Under the pieces are notes generated by a model. The model had not been told where the DNA came from, did no database searches, and worked only from the letters and a program-made list of their open reading frames with translations. The translations under genes and the position numbers were made by a program. From NCBI GenBank assembly GCA_030704615.1, contig CM060731.1:61876001-61940000 (forward strand): a stretch of 64,000 nt of DNA, written 5' to 3'. This DNA is from Takakia lepidozioides (Eukaryota > Plantae > Bryophyta). Shown one piece after another: positions 1 through 10,420 of this stretch (position 1 is the first letter of the stretch; each line of letters opens with the position of its first letter).

Positions 1-2566
1 CGAGGAACTGTACAATCCTCTCCCACACTGGTGATGGCTCGCCCTTGTAATCAGATTTCTTCGACTCCATCATGGCAAGGAATCCGACGTTGGCCATCTC
101 CAACCTGGTAGGGCGAATGACCCTCGTCGGATGTTCCACTGCATGGTACGGGTCCTTGGGATCAACCACCCCCTTGTTCTTTCTCACGGATCCCCTACCA
201 TGCGGTGGAGTCTGCTGGACATGCACCACTGGGCCAATATCTGCAACACTTCCCTGCCCTTGTGCCACCTTCCCTCTACCCCTTCCTTTCCCCACAACAC
301 CAGCAACATCTTTCCCCTTTGCCTTTCTACCTCTACCCGGGGTATCCTGAGCGGGAGGCTCCTTCTCTGCAAGAGTCCTCAAATTTCGCTCATGAATGTC
401 GAGGTCGGCTGCTGCGGCAGTGGCTGCAATTCGCTCATTCTCTCTCCTCAAAGACACCTCCGGAGCTGGGGTCTCAGAAGGAGGGCAATCCAAATACCAA
501 CCACAAGAAGATAGATGGTCTGGGCCCAGTCATGCAAGATCCCAGTAGTAAACATAGTCTGATTTCCAGCAGGGACAAGCCAGAGGTCCACGAAATCTGG
601 ATGTTTGTCCAAACAATTCTCTTCCATGAGAACAAACTTTATGTACCTGCAGGAACAAAGACAGCCTCATTATGCAATGCAAATATTGTCTCTCAGTTTT
701 TCCATCACATTCCCCTTAAACTGTATGCGTCACAGTACATTGCAACCACAGGACACCAAGTAAACTGAACTGCCCAGGGAGTGCACCTGTAAAGGCATCG
801 TTTCCAGGCTTCCTCTCCTTTTTCTTGCTGGTCAAGGTCATGTGTTCGACTGATGCCACCCTCCTTGCTGAACTCTCTAAAGAAACAAGAGTGCCACACT
901 GTGGCTCTCCATTTCCTCATGTATGCTTCGAAGGAGACCTTCGGTGCTGTCATAGTGATGCCATAGTCAGCCAGCTGAGTATGCAGAACCGACCGTGCCC
1001 TTTCTTCCAACTGCAAAACAATTCAAATGCAAGAATGAACCCAAAAAAATCACTGCGAATGTGAGAGGCAATGGAAAGAGAAGGACAGGAAAAGAGAAAA
1101 GAAAGTGACACAGGAAAGGACAACACACCTGGCTCCAGTAAGTGGCCTTGTGAAGCCATGTGTCCAGCACATTGTCACTGACTGGAATGACACGCTGGGT
1201 CTTCTTCTCTTTCTCCGGCCTGGGGAACATGTGTGTATCCCTAACTGTGGGATCGGAGTTCCATATCTGTAGCCACTTCACCTTCTGTTCTGAAGACACA
1301 ACGGCGGTAGACAACCTGTGTAACTTCTCCTGGGCCATCTCTGGCTTGCCTGGCTTGTTATAATGGTTTTTTATCTCCAAGAGAAACTGCGCTCCGAATG
1401 ATGGGTCGGCAATTCTCAACTGCTTCACAAAAGCACTCATTATAGTCCTTCTTGTAGCGGTCATCTCTTTTTGGATGTGAGTCTCAACCCCCTTTGCTGT
1501 CCTTCTCTCCTCAGGGGTTGACCTGTAGTATTCCAGTTTGCCACGCTCCCCTGCATCTGCAATGTCTTGCTGCAAGGGAATGCACGAGAGTTGCATGAAC
1601 CGAAGGGCAAGGGAAACAAACAGAAACAAACATGTGGAAGCAGGACTATGGAAAGGGCAGATGAAGGAAGATGTATCTCACCGTGTACATGTACTCCATG
1701 AAAGCCTCGCGTGTCAACGAGTACCACGTTTCCGATGTCTTGGAGCTTTCGCACTTCTTGTACGTCTCCGCTGAAAGGATGGTCTTGAAGTTGGTCAAGG
1801 GCATCTGCCCGATCCTTTGTATCCTATACAGTGTGTGAACCAGACTCGTTTTGACATGCGATGTCTCCGTTCCTCTGCAGAATGATATCTGAAAGTCAGA
1901 ATGAAATTCAAGGACTTTAATCAAAGAACCAAGGAACTGCAAGTGGAACAGGTAGAATGAGAAACCAACCTGTTCACATCATTCATTGCCGTCAGAAGAC
2001 CCATCATGTTCCCCTCACAATCCAGCACCATCGATCGAACAGAGTAATGCCACTCTTCCTCCTGTGAGTGCAGCCTCCCAATAACAGCCATCCATGCAAG
2101 CAATCGGTGGTTCCCATCCCAAACGTGAAACATCTTCCCCGAGAATGCCTGGGTGGAAGGTTTCCTGGAGAGAAGAAGTTCGAAGGATTCGTTCACCTGT
2201 CTCCAAATAGGATCCCAGGAGTCCACGATTGACTCATCCACAAGGAGCTCATTGCCAGTGGAATCCTTTGTACAAACGTAAAACACTGCGGATCCATCCA
2301 AATACCCATGAACAAACTCGGCCTCTAGCTTGAGAATGTCCTTGATGAGGGGTGGTCGAACGACGGGCATGGAAACCATCCTACACAGGGGAATCTTCAA
2401 CCTCCCACCCGGGGCAAGCATACTTTGCACCACAAGCTGAGAGTTTACCTTCTGACCCCCCAGCATCTCAGCGGCTTTGCTTTCATAGAACTCATCGTCA
2501 ACATCAACAATGATATCCTTCCCCAGTCCCGAAGGGATCTCCTCCGCCACACTTTGCATCTTCTCC
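1..2566 (-). pseudogene. Multi-exon transposon gene with an N-terminal ParB/Sulfiredoxin-like domain; continues past the left edge and is probably frameshifted
   Basis: ORF 1921-2559 has LKIPLCRMVSMPVVRP...MFHVWDGNHRLLAW, resembling the ParB/Srx DGxHR motif. Minus-strand acceptors (tgcag) lie near 2567, 1876, 1012 and 647. Further coding blocks are at 1646-1875, about 1128-1570 and 705-1010, plus an open frame from about 560 to base 1 (...VVDPKDPYHAVEHPTRVIRPTRLEMANVGF...). Confidence 0.65.
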
Positions 2567-2658
2567 TGCAGGGTTGTCCATTCAAATTGACATAAGAGTG
2601 AGGCATTAGACGAGGGTGTTTGAGCATGGCAAACAGGCCATCTGTGGTAGAAAAGGTG

Positions 2659-5040
2659 AGCTCAAACAGTGTGCGTTGACGCACACTGTTTGAGGTGCAA
2701 GGTAAGTGTTCATTGAACCGTAAGTGTTGAAAGAACACTGTTTGAGCTGCCAGATAAGTGTTTATCGGTCCTCAGAGACATGCCCTATGTGGCCCATTCT
2801 CAAATGAAAAAGGCAATGATAAGGGCAGCTCAAACAGTGTGCGCCAACGCACACTGTTTGAGCTGCCAGGATAGTGATGATTCAACCACTAATTCAAACC
2901 CTATGTGGCCAATTTTCAGATGACAAGTGCAATGACATGGCAGCTCAAACAGTGTGCGTTGACGCACACTGTTTGAGCTGCCATGCAACTGATGATTGAA
3001 CCTCCGAGACCTGCCCTGTATTGCCGAATTTCACAGTGGAAAAACAAAGACAAGGTGTGCTCAAACAGTGTGCGGCAACGCACACTGTTTGAGCTGCCAG
3101 ATAAGTGTTCATCTGTCCTCAGAGACATATGCCCTATGTGGCCCATTCTCAAATGAAAAAGGCAATGATAAGGGCAGCTCAAACAGTGTGCGCCAACGCA
3201 CACTGTTTGAGCTGCCAGGATAGTGATGATTCAACCACTAATTCGAACCCTATGTGGCCAATTTTCAGATGACAAGTGCAATGACATGGCAGCTCAAACA
3301 GTGTGCGTTGACGCACACTGTTTGAGCTGCCATGCAACTGATGATTGAACCTCCGAGACCTGCCCTGTATTGCCGAATTTCACAGGGGAAAAACAAAGAC
3401 AAGGTGTGCTCAAACAGTGTGCGGCAACGCACACTGTTTGAGCTGCCAGATAAGTGTTCATCTGTCCTCAGAGACATGCCCTATGTGGCCCATTCTCAAA
3501 TGAAAAAAGCAATGATAAGGGCAGCTCAAACAGTGTGCGCCAACGCACACTGTTTGAGCTGCCAGGATAGTGATGATTCAACCACTAATTCGAACCCTAT
3601 GTGGCCAATTTTCAGATGACAAGTGCAATGACATGGCAGCTCAAACAGTGTGCGTTGACGCACACTGTTTGAGCTGCCATGCAACTGATGATTGAACCTC
3701 CGAGACCTGCCCTGTATTGCCGAATTTCACAGTGGAAAAACAAAGACAAGGTGTGCTCAAACAGTGTGCGGCAACGCACACTGTTTGAGCTGCCAGATAA
3801 GTGTTCATCTGACCTCAGAGACATGCCCTATGTGGCCCATTCTCAAATGAAAAAAGCAATGATAAAGGCAGCTCAAACAGTGTGCGCCAACGCACACTGT
3901 TTGAGCTGCCAGGATAGTGATGATTCAACCACTAATTCGAACCCTATGTGGCCAATTTTCAGATGACAAGTGCAATGACATGGCAGCTCAAACAGTGTGC
4001 GTTGACGCACACTGTTTGAGCTGCCATGCAATTGATGATTGAACCTCCGAGACCTGCCCTGTATTGCCGAATTTCACAGTGGAAAAACAAACACAAGGTG
4101 TGCTCAAACAGTGTGCGCCAACGCACACTGTTTGAGCTGCCAGGATAGTGATGATTCAACCACTAATTCGAACCCTATGTGGCCGATTTTTAGATGACAA
4201 GTGCAATGACATGGCAGCTCAAACAGTGTGCGTTGACGCATACTGTTTGAGCTGCCAAGCAACTGATGATTGAACCTCCGAGACCAGCCCTGTATTGCCG
4301 AATTTCACAGGGGAAAAACAAAGACAAGGTGTGCTCAAACAGTGTGCGGCAACGCACACTGTTTGAGCTGCCAGATAAGTGTTCATCTGTCCTCAGAGAC
4401 ATGCCCTATGTGGCCCATTCTCAAATGAAAAAAGCAATGATAAAGGCAGCTCAAACAGTGTGCGCCAACGCACACTGTTTGAGCTGCCAGGATAGTGATG
4501 AGTCAACCACTAATTCGAACCCTATGTGGCCAATTTTCAGATGACAAGTGCAATGACATGGCAGCTCAAACAGTGTGCGTTGACGCACACTGTTTGAGCT
4601 GCCATGCAACTGATGATTGAACCTCCGAGACCTGCCCTGTATTGCCGAATTTCACAGTGGAAAAACAAAGACAAGGTGTGCTCAAACAGTGTGCGGCAAC
4701 GCACACTGTTTGAGCTGCCAGATAAGTGTTCATCTGTCCTCAGAGACATATGCCCTATGTGGCCCATTCTCAAATGAAAAAGGCAACGATAAGGGCAGCT
4801 CAAACAGTGTGCGCCAACGCACACTGTTTGAGCTGCCAGGATAGTGATGATTCAACCACTAATTCAAACCCTATGTGGCCAATTTTCAGATGACAAGTGC
4901 AATGACATGGCAGCTCAAACAGTGTGCGTTGACGCACACTGTTTGAGCTGCCATGCAACTGATGATTGAACCTCCGAGACCTGCCCTGTATTGCCGAATT
5001 TCACAGGGGAAAAACAAAGACAAGGTGTGCTCAAACAGTG
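2659..5040. repeat. Tandem array of 20 full and 2 half hairpins (core GCTCAAACAGTGTGCG-N4-CGCACACTGTTTGAGC), about 116-bp monomer, about 347-bp three-monomer higher-order repeat
   Basis: Read directly. Palindromes start at about 2660, 2824, 2936, 3059, 3173, 3285, 3408, 3520, 3632, 3755, 3867, 3979, 4102, 4210, 4333, 4445, 4557, 4680, 4794 and 4906. Loops cycle CCAA/TTGA/GCAA and three spacer types recur in order. Confidence 0.97.
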
Positions 5041-5598
5041 CCCAATTTGGCCGTTTTGGCTACACTTTTTGAGCTTCTTGTTCGCGGTTGATGCAACCTG
5101 CAGAGATGCCGTGTGCAGTCTATGTTCATATCGACATAGAATCTCAACTTGGGTTCACATCAGCAAATGAAGCACAAAGATGGGTTCCAAAGATTGAACC
5201 TTTTTTTTGGCTGCTCCAGAAGACTCCCCAATCGCCGGGGACCCTTTGCGCTTCGGACTGCTCTCCACGCCTCTCGTGTTCTGGAGCATCTCCCCCATCC
5301 TCTCTTCCACTATTAGGTTCTTCGTGAGGCCAGCGTCAACATCATCTTCGGCGTCTGCCTCTCCCTCGGATGCAGTGTCCTCCTCATCTGTTCTTGGAAC
5401 TATGGCAGGCTGCTGGTCTTCCCCGGATTCCTGCTCTTCCATCGCCGAACTTGTCTCTTTGCCCTCTTCTTCCGCCTTTTCCTCTTCGGCCACTCTTTCC
5501 ATCCTCATTCTATATCTGGCTCTATTCCTGTTTCTAGAGCTCGTGAAGTACAATGATTTCCTTCTCTTCCTCCTCCGCTGGAAACAAGGGCTCCCCAC
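5041..5598 (-). CDS. Probable 5' exon(s) of the ParB-like gene: acidic/basic low-complexity region
   Basis: ORF 5155-5598 (MRMERVAEEEKAEEEG...SPKRKGSP...AAKKK). A GT donor lies at about 5199 and a ctgcag acceptor at about 5099, followed by VASTANKKLKKCSQNG. Same strand as, and upstream of, the ParB exon. Confidence 0.45.
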
Positions 5599-6472
5599 GA
5601 TGCCTCTAGAGCTCTCCAGTTTGACGTTTGCAACAAGGGTTGCTATTGCATGTAACCAAAATCAAAATAGGACATTGTCAACCGTATTTGGATGCGGGTG
5701 TTGTTATTGTGTGCGAACGGAATTCATCCATTTCGGCGTCTTTGTATTATTCAAGAAATAAAGTGCCAGAAAATATGTGCATACGTTGCATGTACTTGTG
5801 ATATATGTCAGATGTACTTCGCCGCCTGCCAATATATGGCGGCCTTCTGGAATGGTTTCAAATTCGGAAGTGCCGCATAAATCTAATGCTAGTTCAATTT
5901 GGAGCAGTTCTTGCAGATTCCCCATAAATGTTGTGCTTCACATATGCATCCACGTGTTTCGTACTGCCTGCCCTGTGCTGTGCATTTTGCCGTCATCGTC
6001 GCCATGGGGTCATTCGGTATAAAGGGTTGTGTCGGAAATGATCTTGTGTTGCACACATCCGTGCGAGGTGACTCTTGGAGTGTCAGTGTTTGTGCTGTGC
6101 TCTTCTGGCACGGCACGACCTCATTACATTCGGGGTCTTCCTGTTTACTGCTCTCCAGGGTTTTTGCCGTCTTTCCATAAAGGATGGTTTCATGTCATGT
6201 TCAGGGTTTGTTTTTCATCCAAAAACAGCACGGCTTCTTGTGGCCTTCTTTATTTGAAAACAGTTTTTCTAGTTGGTGTCTCTCAGCGTGGTTATCTCCG
6301 AGGTTCAGTGCATGTCATTCTTGCATCCTTCTGATGCATCGACCGCAGCCTTTGGGTTACTGCTACCCTTGTTGACCTCAATTTTTTTGTGGTGGATCCC
6401 CTTTCCAGAATTGCGGGCTATCAAATCGGGGATTCCGTTGTGAATCGAAAGTTTTGGTCAGCGTAGGAAAAC

Positions 6473-9400
6473 ATGTCCAAGGACAGAGATAGACTAGCAC
6501 GATTTCATTCCAATGCAGGTAGTCTTCCAATGACTGCCACTGCAGACGACGATGGGTTTGCAGTTGTTCATGAGGATGAGCTGGTTACAGTGTTCCCACT
6601 GGAATTGGGTTCTCTGCTTGTTCAAAAGGAGGTGTATGACGAGGATGGGAATTTGGATTCTGGACATTTGGAGAAACCATTGGTTGGCGAGTGTGGAAGG
6701 AAGTGGAGAGTCCTTCCAGGCACATACCGTGTCCTTGGAAAAGAGAGAAGACAATCAGCAGGATCAGTCATTACCCCTGGAACTGCAGCATCGGTCGTGC
6801 AGCAGAAGGGCACAGTTCATGTGAAAAAAGAGGTGAGCACATCCACTACATTCGTGACTCTTTCAGACTCGTCCTCGGAGGATGTTTCTGAGATTCCTCC
6901 GCCAGTGCAGACTCCATTCTTGGATGAATCCGAATTGCAAGAGATAACGAGTGTCATTCCAAAATTGAAAGCCCTCGCAGGGGTGCCTTGGGTGCAAGAG
7001 CGAGCTGCGTTTTGTTGATTGGGAGTCCCTTCGTGTGCAGCGGGTTCAATACGTGCCAGCAGAGTTTGATGGGGACATCTTGTTTGAGCTCAACCCTCCC
7101 ACGTCTTCCAATGGACTGGCTGGGCTTCTGCAGGGCATGGACAAGAAACATGACGGACACCCTTGGTGCAGGACAAAAACGTCAAACATCCACAACGACA
7201 TTGGATTGAAATTTCGAAGGTCGGTTTGCGTTGGGCATTGCAAGTGCCTGAATATAACTTGCCCTCGCCTGAGAAACAGCGCTCAACCAAACGAGAGTGA
7301 GTGGGAAGGTGTGCCATTGAATCCTTTCACCCCAGGACTTGCCCCTCCCAAGACCAATACTTTTGTGTGCAGGTTCTGCAAACTTTCCCCGTCCTGTGTT
7401 TCTGTGTGCCACGCTCGTATGTACCAGGTGGCACACCGGTGCAAAACAATGACTCGTGCCTGCATTCATATGGGTGCACACGAGCATCCTGTGTCCAAAG
7501 GAAGTTGCAGGGATAGCGTGGACATCGCTAGAAATCTGCTGAAGCAGGAGTTCCACAATGCCCCTTCTGCAACACCTTCTGCTATAGCGCTTGCAGCTAG
7601 CAAGGCTTTCCTGGAAAAACACATATTGGGTGAAGGGGATTGACATAGCCAATGCTGGATGCAGATTCGCTTGATGCAGTGATGGACCATTTCTCCGTGT
7701 TGAGCTCTCCCAATATTCGAAACCAGGTGAATGCACTCAGAGTCGGCACAAGCAATGCTGGATTCATGGACAACATTATGGACCTCAAACGGAGAAGTCG
7801 CTATGAATTCATTCAAAACAGTATCTTCCCTGGCCAGGGCTCATCCAAGGTTTATTTGTTCAAGATGTCCGCAGTGGGCGAAGGCAGTGGTGTTAGCATT
7901 GTCCGCCGAATGCAACCTGGAGGAGATTTGGCTAAATGTTGGTTGATGTTTGATCACTGCAAACGGGTCAAGGGTTGGACAACCATGGCGTGCCATGTGT
8001 ATGATCCAGCGTACCAACGTGTGCTCTCAATAGCAATTTGTGATATGCAGTCGGAGGACACTGAATCCCAGATGCTCATGTGGAATTCGCTCCTGGCCGT
8101 CATGCAGCGCAACGGAATACAGAAGACAAATTTTGCGGGCTTCATGGCTGATAGTGCACAGGCAAATTTCAATGCAGTGCGGCGCGTGTTTGGTTTGGGG
8201 GATCCTAAGGTCCCAATGGAAAATAGGGAGCGCACATGCCTCTTCCATTGGAGTCAATCTCTGGCACGTCATACAAAGCGGTGCATTCGCCCTGACCTTT
8301 AGTTGGAGCACAGAAGGCTCTGTCTCAAGTACAAAAATGCCAACTCAATGGGAGAAGCTGAGAGCACTTACCAAGCAATCCGGGCTTGGTGGTTCTCCTC
8401 TGGTGCTGCTACTGGTATCCACCTGAAGGAGTTGGAGGACTGGTTGGTTTTCTGGCACTTCAGATACAGACAGTGGGGAGCTTTCATGACGACGGTAAGC
8501 CTCTCGAATCCCAAAATCAGAAATTTTGCAACATGCCTCTTCATTTGGGGTTCTTGGATTGTCGCTTGAAGAACCTCTTCCATTTCCTTTCGTTCCTCAC
8601 ATTTCCATGCAATGCCTCGTGCAGGAAATGTCCTTGGAGGACTTGGCCGACATGCCATCCTGTAATTTGGCGGAGACTGTTCATAACGCCTGGATGCAGC
8701 AATCTACCAAAGCAGGTCGTGACTTGTATGTGGCCACTGCTGATGACATGGTGCGGGCACTCACACAACAAACCAGGTACCGCAATTTTCTGATGGGACG
8801 GGGTGGAGGCAAGGGCCCCGGTTCGACTTTGTTGATGCTAAGGGCTGCGAGTAGGTCTGGAGACCCATCCAAGATGGCCAAAGCTCTGAACAGGTGCACT
8901 GAAGGCTCCCCATTGCAATCCAGGCTCCCTCATTTGGAAGGCGAGGAAAGATTTGGATCATGCAAAAGGAAATTGAACACTCTTCCAGGTTCAGATGGAG
9001 ATTCCCATCGCCCAGACAGGGTCAATTTCTCTGTGCCAAAGGTGTCTCCAGTGCAGACTAAGTCCTGTGCCGGCCCCTTCCCAGGTGGGTCCTCCTCCTG
9101 TGGAGCAGGTGCAGAACATGCAAGCACAGCAGCAGGAATCCCATTGGAGGAGGTGGTGGCCATGGTGCAGGAATCTGATTGCATTGATAGTGAGTGGCAT
9201 ATAGAACGCACCCCACCAGGATCTAGAGTTGCTTGCATGGCAATTCAGACCCCCTCTTTCAAGAAATGCAAATCAAAAATATGCAAAGGCTCCAGGGGGA
9301 CTCCAGCTCCAACATTCACAGGGTTGTTCCGACCTTATCATAGTGGGGAGTCAAAGGACCACAAGTTCTGGTTCTGCCCAGATGATATGGCACGATGCGT

Positions 9401-10037
9401 CAAGGGAACAGTTCGTCCTTCGGTGATAATGAAACCCCCTCCCCCTGCAATTTGGCCTGTGAAACTTGGGACGTCGCTGTCAACAACCGAGATAAGCATG
9501 CTGGAGGAGGGAGGGTTTTGTCTTGCACGATCCCGAGTGGTGCCCTTGTGCACTGTTGGCACAGATGTGCCACAAGCTCCGGCAATGCCTCCACCCAGTG
9601 CCGACTCCCACCCAACAAAAAGAGATGGAAAAACAGTGCGCCGTGTCGCTTCGGGTGCAGATCACGAATGCAAGATGGAATCGGCTAGAATTTTGCAGGC
9701 TCGGGTGGCTCGTATCACCGAAGTCCCTGCCCCGGGGTATGGACGGATTTACACAGTGCTGTCTATTGGCTCAGTTCTTCATGGCAAAGAATATCAGGTT
9801 ACCGTGGGGAATTTCCCTACTTGTACTTGTCCGGATTTTGTAACGATGCGTGAGGGCGCTCTCGGCATGAGAGGGAAGTGGGTCCCCTGCAAGCATCAAT
9901 ATTACATATACCTTGTAATTATGTGTTGCGATGGTAAGAGAGACCAATTCATTCACCAAGCCACACTAGGCTACGGAGAAGTCATCACCCTTCTGCAGCG
10001 GGACACCTCACGTAGGGCTCAGCCAAATTCTCTTTGA
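6473..10037 (+). pseudogene. Mutator-like (MULE) DDE transposase with an N-terminal GCM-like zinc domain and a C-terminal SWIM finger; disrupted
   Basis: GCM-like DGHPW...CVGHCKC...C...CRFC...C...CHAR...HMGAHEHP. Catalytic-like WLMFD, GFMADSAQAN, CLFHW (CxxH) and CNLAETVH. SWIM CTCPDF...PCKH. Frameshift near 7643, in-frame TAG at 8300-8302, intron 8495-8624. Confidence 0.8.
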
Positions 10038-10420
10038 ACACATACGAGCCATGCCCACTTCCCATACTGGTTTCAAGGTTACCGTGTGAAGATTTTGCAT
10101 TTAGGACAAACACATACATTTCGTTCACGGAACCAAGGCAAATGCACATGCCATTCATTGTAAGCGTCTATCTGTGAATTGAAATAGAGTGTGTCAATCA
10201 TTCTGAGCTCTATTCTGCCATATTTTCATATTGCTCTTTTTGTGCAGGCATTGTAGACATGGTGCATGGTGGCCCCCTTTGTTTTGTCCACGGTAATAGG
10301 CCCTCTTCTTGCTATCCTCGCCTATAGGACCTGCTTCTCCAGCAAATTTGTGCCGCTCACGCTTTGCACCCTAAACGTGAGCTCAGCTCCCAGGCTCACG
10401 GGGCTGGGCTCACGCCGTAG

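Larger units (their letters stand above)
1..10380. mobile_element. Element A: large DNA transposon fragment with divergent ParB-like gene and GCM/MULE/SWIM transposase; boundaries not resolved
   Basis: Head-to-head transposase (6473-10037 +) and ParB-like gene (<1-5598 -), with an internal hairpin array. No TIR found; the left end lies outside the window and the right end abuts a truncated retroelement. Confidence 0.6.

Noticed and set aside
1921-2559. Bacterial contamination or a true parABS locus
   Set aside because: The ParB-like exon is bounded by spliceosomal splice sites, there is no parA, and it is contiguous with plant TEs and genes.
2916-4844. Repeated short ORFs (AQTVCANAHCLSC etc.) as protein genes
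   Set aside because: They are by-products of translating the palindromic repeat; the same peptides appear on both strands.
2659-5040. CRISPR array
   Set aside because: Spacers are not unique: three mutually homologous spacers recur in fixed order. They are about 70-80 bp, no cas genes are visible, and the context is an intron-containing eukaryotic locus.
5207-5761. 184-aa plus-strand Ser-rich/hydrophobic ORF
   Set aside because: It is the antisense shadow of the Glu/Lys-rich minus-strand exon.
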